Shown: one piece after another, positions 49,840-52,414 of the stretch | Numbering within the stretch: position 1 is the stretch's first letter | Layout: each line of letters starts with the position of its first letter | Origin: Gaiellaceae bacterium | GTDB lineage: Bacteria > Actinomycetota > Thermoleophilia > Gaiellales > Gaiellaceae | Direction of reading: 5' to 3' | Length of the DNA: 52,414 bases | Assembly: GCA_035517795.1 (NCBI GenBank) | Contig: DATIYE010000010.1 | Span: 1-52,414, forward strand | Made by a program: the position numbers and the translations under genes | Notes under the pieces: model-generated | The model's database searches: none | The model's input: only the letters and a program-made list of their open reading frames with translations | Told to the model about the DNA's origin: nothing

Positions 49840-50321
49840 GGGCGGCCGTCCTGACGGTCTCGGACGGCGTCTCGCGAGGTGAGGCCGACGATGTCAGCGG
49901 CGACACGCTCGAGGAGCTCCTGCTGGCCGACGGCTTCGACGTCGTGCGCCGGCTTGTGCCCGACGAGAGGGATGAGATAGCCCGGGCCCTGAGCGACCTG
50001 GCCCACGACGCCGCGCTCGTGATCACGACCGGGGGCACGGGGCTTGCGGCGCGTGACGTCACGCCCGAGGCGACGCGCGCGGTGCTCGAGCGCGAGGCTC
50101 CGGGCATCTCCGAGGCGATCCGAGCCGACTCGATCGCGAAGACGCCGCACGGGCTCCTCTCCCGGGGCGCGGCCGGGACGATCGGGAGGGCACTCGTCGT
50201 CAACCTCGCCGGGTCGCCGGGCGCCTGCCGTGACGGCTATGCCGTTCTGCGCCCGGCTTTACCCCACGCCATGAGCCTGTTGGCAGACCAGGCAACTGCA
50301 ACCGATCACGTCCAGACCTGA
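49836..50321 (+). CDS. MogA/MoaB-family molybdenum cofactor biosynthesis protein
   Basis: 161-aa ORF with a TTGA overlap with moaC. Motifs are AAVLTVSDG...LVITTGGTGLAARDVTPEAT...PGISEA...NLAGSPGA. Confidence 0.88.
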   Translation: MRAAVLTVSDGVSRGEADDVSGDTLEELLLADGFDVVRRLVPDERDEIARALSDLAHDAALVITTGGTGLAARDVTPEATRAVLEREAPGISEAIRADSIAKTPHGLLSRGAAGTIGRALVVNLAGSPGACRDGYAVLRPALPHAMSLLADQATATDHVQT

Positions 50322-50328
50322 GGCGGCC

Positions 50329-51174
50329 GTGGGCAAGGCCCGGCTGTTCGCCCGCCTGATCAAGGTCGAGCACACGATCTTCGCGCTCCCGTTCGCGTAC
50401 GTCGGGGCGTTTCTCGCGGCCGACGGCGTTCCGTCTGCGCACGACCTCCTCTGGATCACCGTCGCGATGGCGGGTGCCCGCTCCCTGGCGATGGCGCTGA
50501 ACCGGCTGATCGACGCAGGGATCGACGCTCGCAATCCGCGCACCGCAGGGCGCGAGCTGCCGTCCGGCAAGCTGACGATCGGTGCCGTGGCGGCGTTCTG
50601 CTTCGTCTCCCTGGCCGTCTTCCTGATCGCCGTCTGGCAGCTGAACCCTGTCGTGCGCTGGCTCTGGCCGATTCCGGTGATCGCGTTTGTGATCTACCCG
50701 TACCTCAAGCGCTTCACCTGGCTCTGCCACCTGTGGCTCGGGGGCGTCGACGGGCTGGCGCCGATGGGCGGCTGGGTGGCGATCACCGGCAGGCTGCCCT
50801 GGCAGGCGTGGGCGCTCGGCGGAGCCGTGGCGACCTGGGTCGCGGGCTTCGACATCTTCTACTCCCTGTTCGACGTCGAGGTCGACCGCGCCCAGGGGCT
50901 GCATTCGTGGGCGGTGCGCTTCGGCGAACGCGGTGCCTTCATCGGCGCCCGTGTGATGCATCTCACCACCGTGGTGCTGTTGTTCGCGGTCGGCCTCGGT
51001 CTCACGGTCGACTGGTGGTACTGGGGCGGGGTGGCGGCGGTGGCGGGGCTGCTCGCCTACGAGCATTCGCTCGTGCGGCCGGGCGACCTGCGACGGCTCG
51101 ATGCGGCGTTCTTCACGATGAACGGCGTGATCAGCATCGCCTTCTTCGCCTTCGTCCTCGCAGACGTGATCTGA
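50329..51174 (+). CDS. UbiA-family aromatic polyprenyltransferase (4-hydroxybenzoate polyprenyltransferase-like / MqnP-like)
   Basis: 281-aa polytopic ORF with IKVEHTIFALPFAY...ARSLAMALNRLIDAGIDARNPRT (first Asp-rich motif) and FDIFYSLFDVEVDR (second motif). Confidence 0.82.
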   Translation: MGKARLFARLIKVEHTIFALPFAYVGAFLAADGVPSAHDLLWITVAMAGARSLAMALNRLIDAGIDARNPRTAGRELPSGKLTIGAVAAFCFVSLAVFLIAVWQLNPVVRWLWPIPVIAFVIYPYLKRFTWLCHLWLGGVDGLAPMGGWVAITGRLPWQAWALGGAVATWVAGFDIFYSLFDVEVDRAQGLHSWAVRFGERGAFIGARVMHLTTVVLLFAVGLGLTVDWWYWGGVAAVAGLLAYEHSLVRPGDLRRLDAAFFTMNGVISIAFFAFVLADVI

Positions 51175-51186
51175 GCGCGACCGACG

Positions 51187-51798
51187 GTGCGCTCTGCCCC
51201 GGTACCGTTCCCGGCCGTGATCAGCGCCGTCAAGCTGAGCAAGCGGTACGGCGAGAAGCGCGTCCTCCACCGGGTCGATGTGCAGCTCGAGCAGGGTGGC
51301 TTCCTGCTCGTCACGGGACCTAACGGCTCCGGAAAGACGACGCTCCTGCGCGTGCTCGCAGGGCTCGACGCGCCGACCTCGGGCGAGGTGTCGCTTCCCG
51401 ACCGCGGCGTGATCGGCTACCTCGGGCACGAGCCGCTCGTCTACCGTGAGCTGACGCCGCTCGAGAACCTGCACCTGTTCGGCCGGCTCTACCGCGTGCC
51501 CGAGCGCGGCGAGCGGATCGGGATGCTCCTCGAGCGCTTCGGGCTCTGGGAGGTGCGGGACCAGCGCGTCTCGACCTTCTCGCGTGGGATGCGCCAGCGG
51601 CTCGCCCTCTGCCGGGTGCTGCTGCACGACCCGGAGCTCGTCATCCTCGACGAGCCCTTCAACGCTCTCGACGAAGCCGGCTCGGCGCTTCTTGACTCGA
51701 CCCTCGACGAGCTCGCCTCGCGGAGCGCCGTGGTGATGGCCACCCACGATCCGGGCCGCGTCGAGCGGCTCGCGACCCAGAGGCTCGCGTTCACATGA
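51187..51798 (+). CDS. ccmA: ABC transporter ATP-binding protein, heme-exporter CcmA-type
   Basis: 203-aa ORF with Walker A GPNGSGKTTLL, signature FSRGMRQRL and Walker B LVILDEP. It is short, has no fused TMD, and is coupled to a CcmB-like gene by an ATGA overlap. Confidence 0.75.
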   Translation: MRSAPVPFPAVISAVKLSKRYGEKRVLHRVDVQLEQGGFLLVTGPNGSGKTTLLRVLAGLDAPTSGEVSLPDRGVIGYLGHEPLVYRELTPLENLHLFGRLYRVPERGERIGMLLERFGLWEVRDQRVSTFSRGMRQRLALCRVLLHDPELVILDEPFNALDEAGSALLDSTLDELASRSAVVMATHDPGRVERLATQRLAFT

Positions 51799-52414
51799 GG
51801 TACTTCTCGGATGTCGGGGCTCTGGCCCGGAAGGACCTGCTGATCGAGCTCCGCGCCAGGGAGACGGTGCCGGCGATGCTCCTCTTCGTCCTCTCGACGC
51901 TGACGATCTTCCACTTCGCAGTCCCTCGCGGCGCGAGCGACGACGTCACACTCGGCCTGCTCTGGACCGCGATCGTCTTCACGGCGCTGCTCGGGCTGAC
52001 GAGGGCGTTCGTGCCCGAGCGCGAGCAGGGCGTCTTCGACGCACTCGTGCTCGCGCCGTCCGACCGGAGCGCGATCTGGGCGGCCAAGAGCTTCTCGGTG
52101 CTCGCGTTTCTCGGCCTCGCCCAGCTCGTCGCCGTCCCTGCTTTCGGCCTCTTCTTCCACGGGGTCGGCTGGCGTACGGTCGCCGCACTCGCGCTCGCCG
52201 ACATCGGGATCTGCGCCGTGGGAACGCTGACCGGCGCGATGGCGGTGGTAGGGCGCGCGCGAGAGCTCATACTCCCGCTCCTCTTCCTGCCGCTCGCGAT
52301 CCCGGTCGTGGTCGGCGGCGTCGGCGCGAGCGTGGGCGCCGGAAGCCACTACCTCGGCTTCCTCGCGCTCTATGACGCCATCTTCGGGCTCCTCGCCTGG
52401 GCGACGTTCGAGTT
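51795..52414 (+). CDS. ccmB: Heme exporter protein CcmB-like permease (3' end beyond the window)
   Basis: Open frame from ATG 51795 to the window end, not in the ORF track because it has no stop. It encodes MRYFSDVGALARKDLLIELRARETVPAMLLFVLSTLTIFHFAV...RELILPLLFLPLAIPVVVGGV..., a CcmB-like polytopic pattern. Confidence 0.7.
   Translation, partial: MRYFSDVGALARKDLLIELRARETVPAMLLFVLSTLTIFHFAVPRGASDDVTLGLLWTAIVFTALLGLTRAFVPEREQGVFDALVLAPSDRSAIWAAKSFSVLAFLGLAQLVAVPAFGLFFHGVGWRTVAALALADIGICAVGTLTGAMAVVGRARELILPLLFLPLAIPVVVGGVGASVGAGSHYLGFLALYDAIFGLLAWATFE

Overview
High-GC, actinobacterial-type core chromosome spanning the replication origin. The canonical block rpmH-rnpA-yidD-yidC-jag-rsmG-parA-parB (+) lies divergent from dnaA-dnaN-recF-DUF721(DciA-like)-gyrB-gyrA (-). 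Flanking it are a TPP-riboswitch-controlled thiD-thiM-thiE-thiL operon and three DNA-repair enzymes (PolX, an MrfA-like DEAD/DUF1998 helicase, three-domain LigD). A long co-directional array runs ECF sigma-fabZ-fabH-fabD-fabG-fabF-HAD-accD-accA. Also present are birA, an NfeD/stomatin pair, one tRNA-Ile, a class A PBP, molybdenum-cofactor genes (moeA, moaC, mog/moaB), an OmpR/HK two-component pair, a UbiA prenyltransferase and ccmAB. Almost all space is coding and many genes are joined by 4-nt stop/start overlaps (ATGA, GTGA, TTGA). I saw no CRISPR array, transposase, integrase or rRNA. There is no obvious novel multi-gene system. The points most worth a second look are: (1) an apparently bipartite oriC, with a DnaA-box cluster upstream of dnaA and a DnaA-trio/GC-cluster/AT-rich module between dnaA and dnaN; (2) recF and the DUF721/DciA-like gene both lack any ATG/GTG/TTG upstream of their conserved N-termini, and recF lies in frame 6 nt after the dnaN TGA; (3) the thiD ATG sits inside the TPP aptamer loop; (4) GyrB carries an E. 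coli-type ~160-aa insertion; (5) an unannotated 38-codon sORF with a strong SD sits face-to-face with a leaderless marR promoter; (6) a Tat-signal, Cys-rich lipoprotein is translationally coupled to LigD. The many long ORFs antisense to real genes look like high-GC artefacts. All calls come from reading the sequence and recognising motifs; no database search was run.
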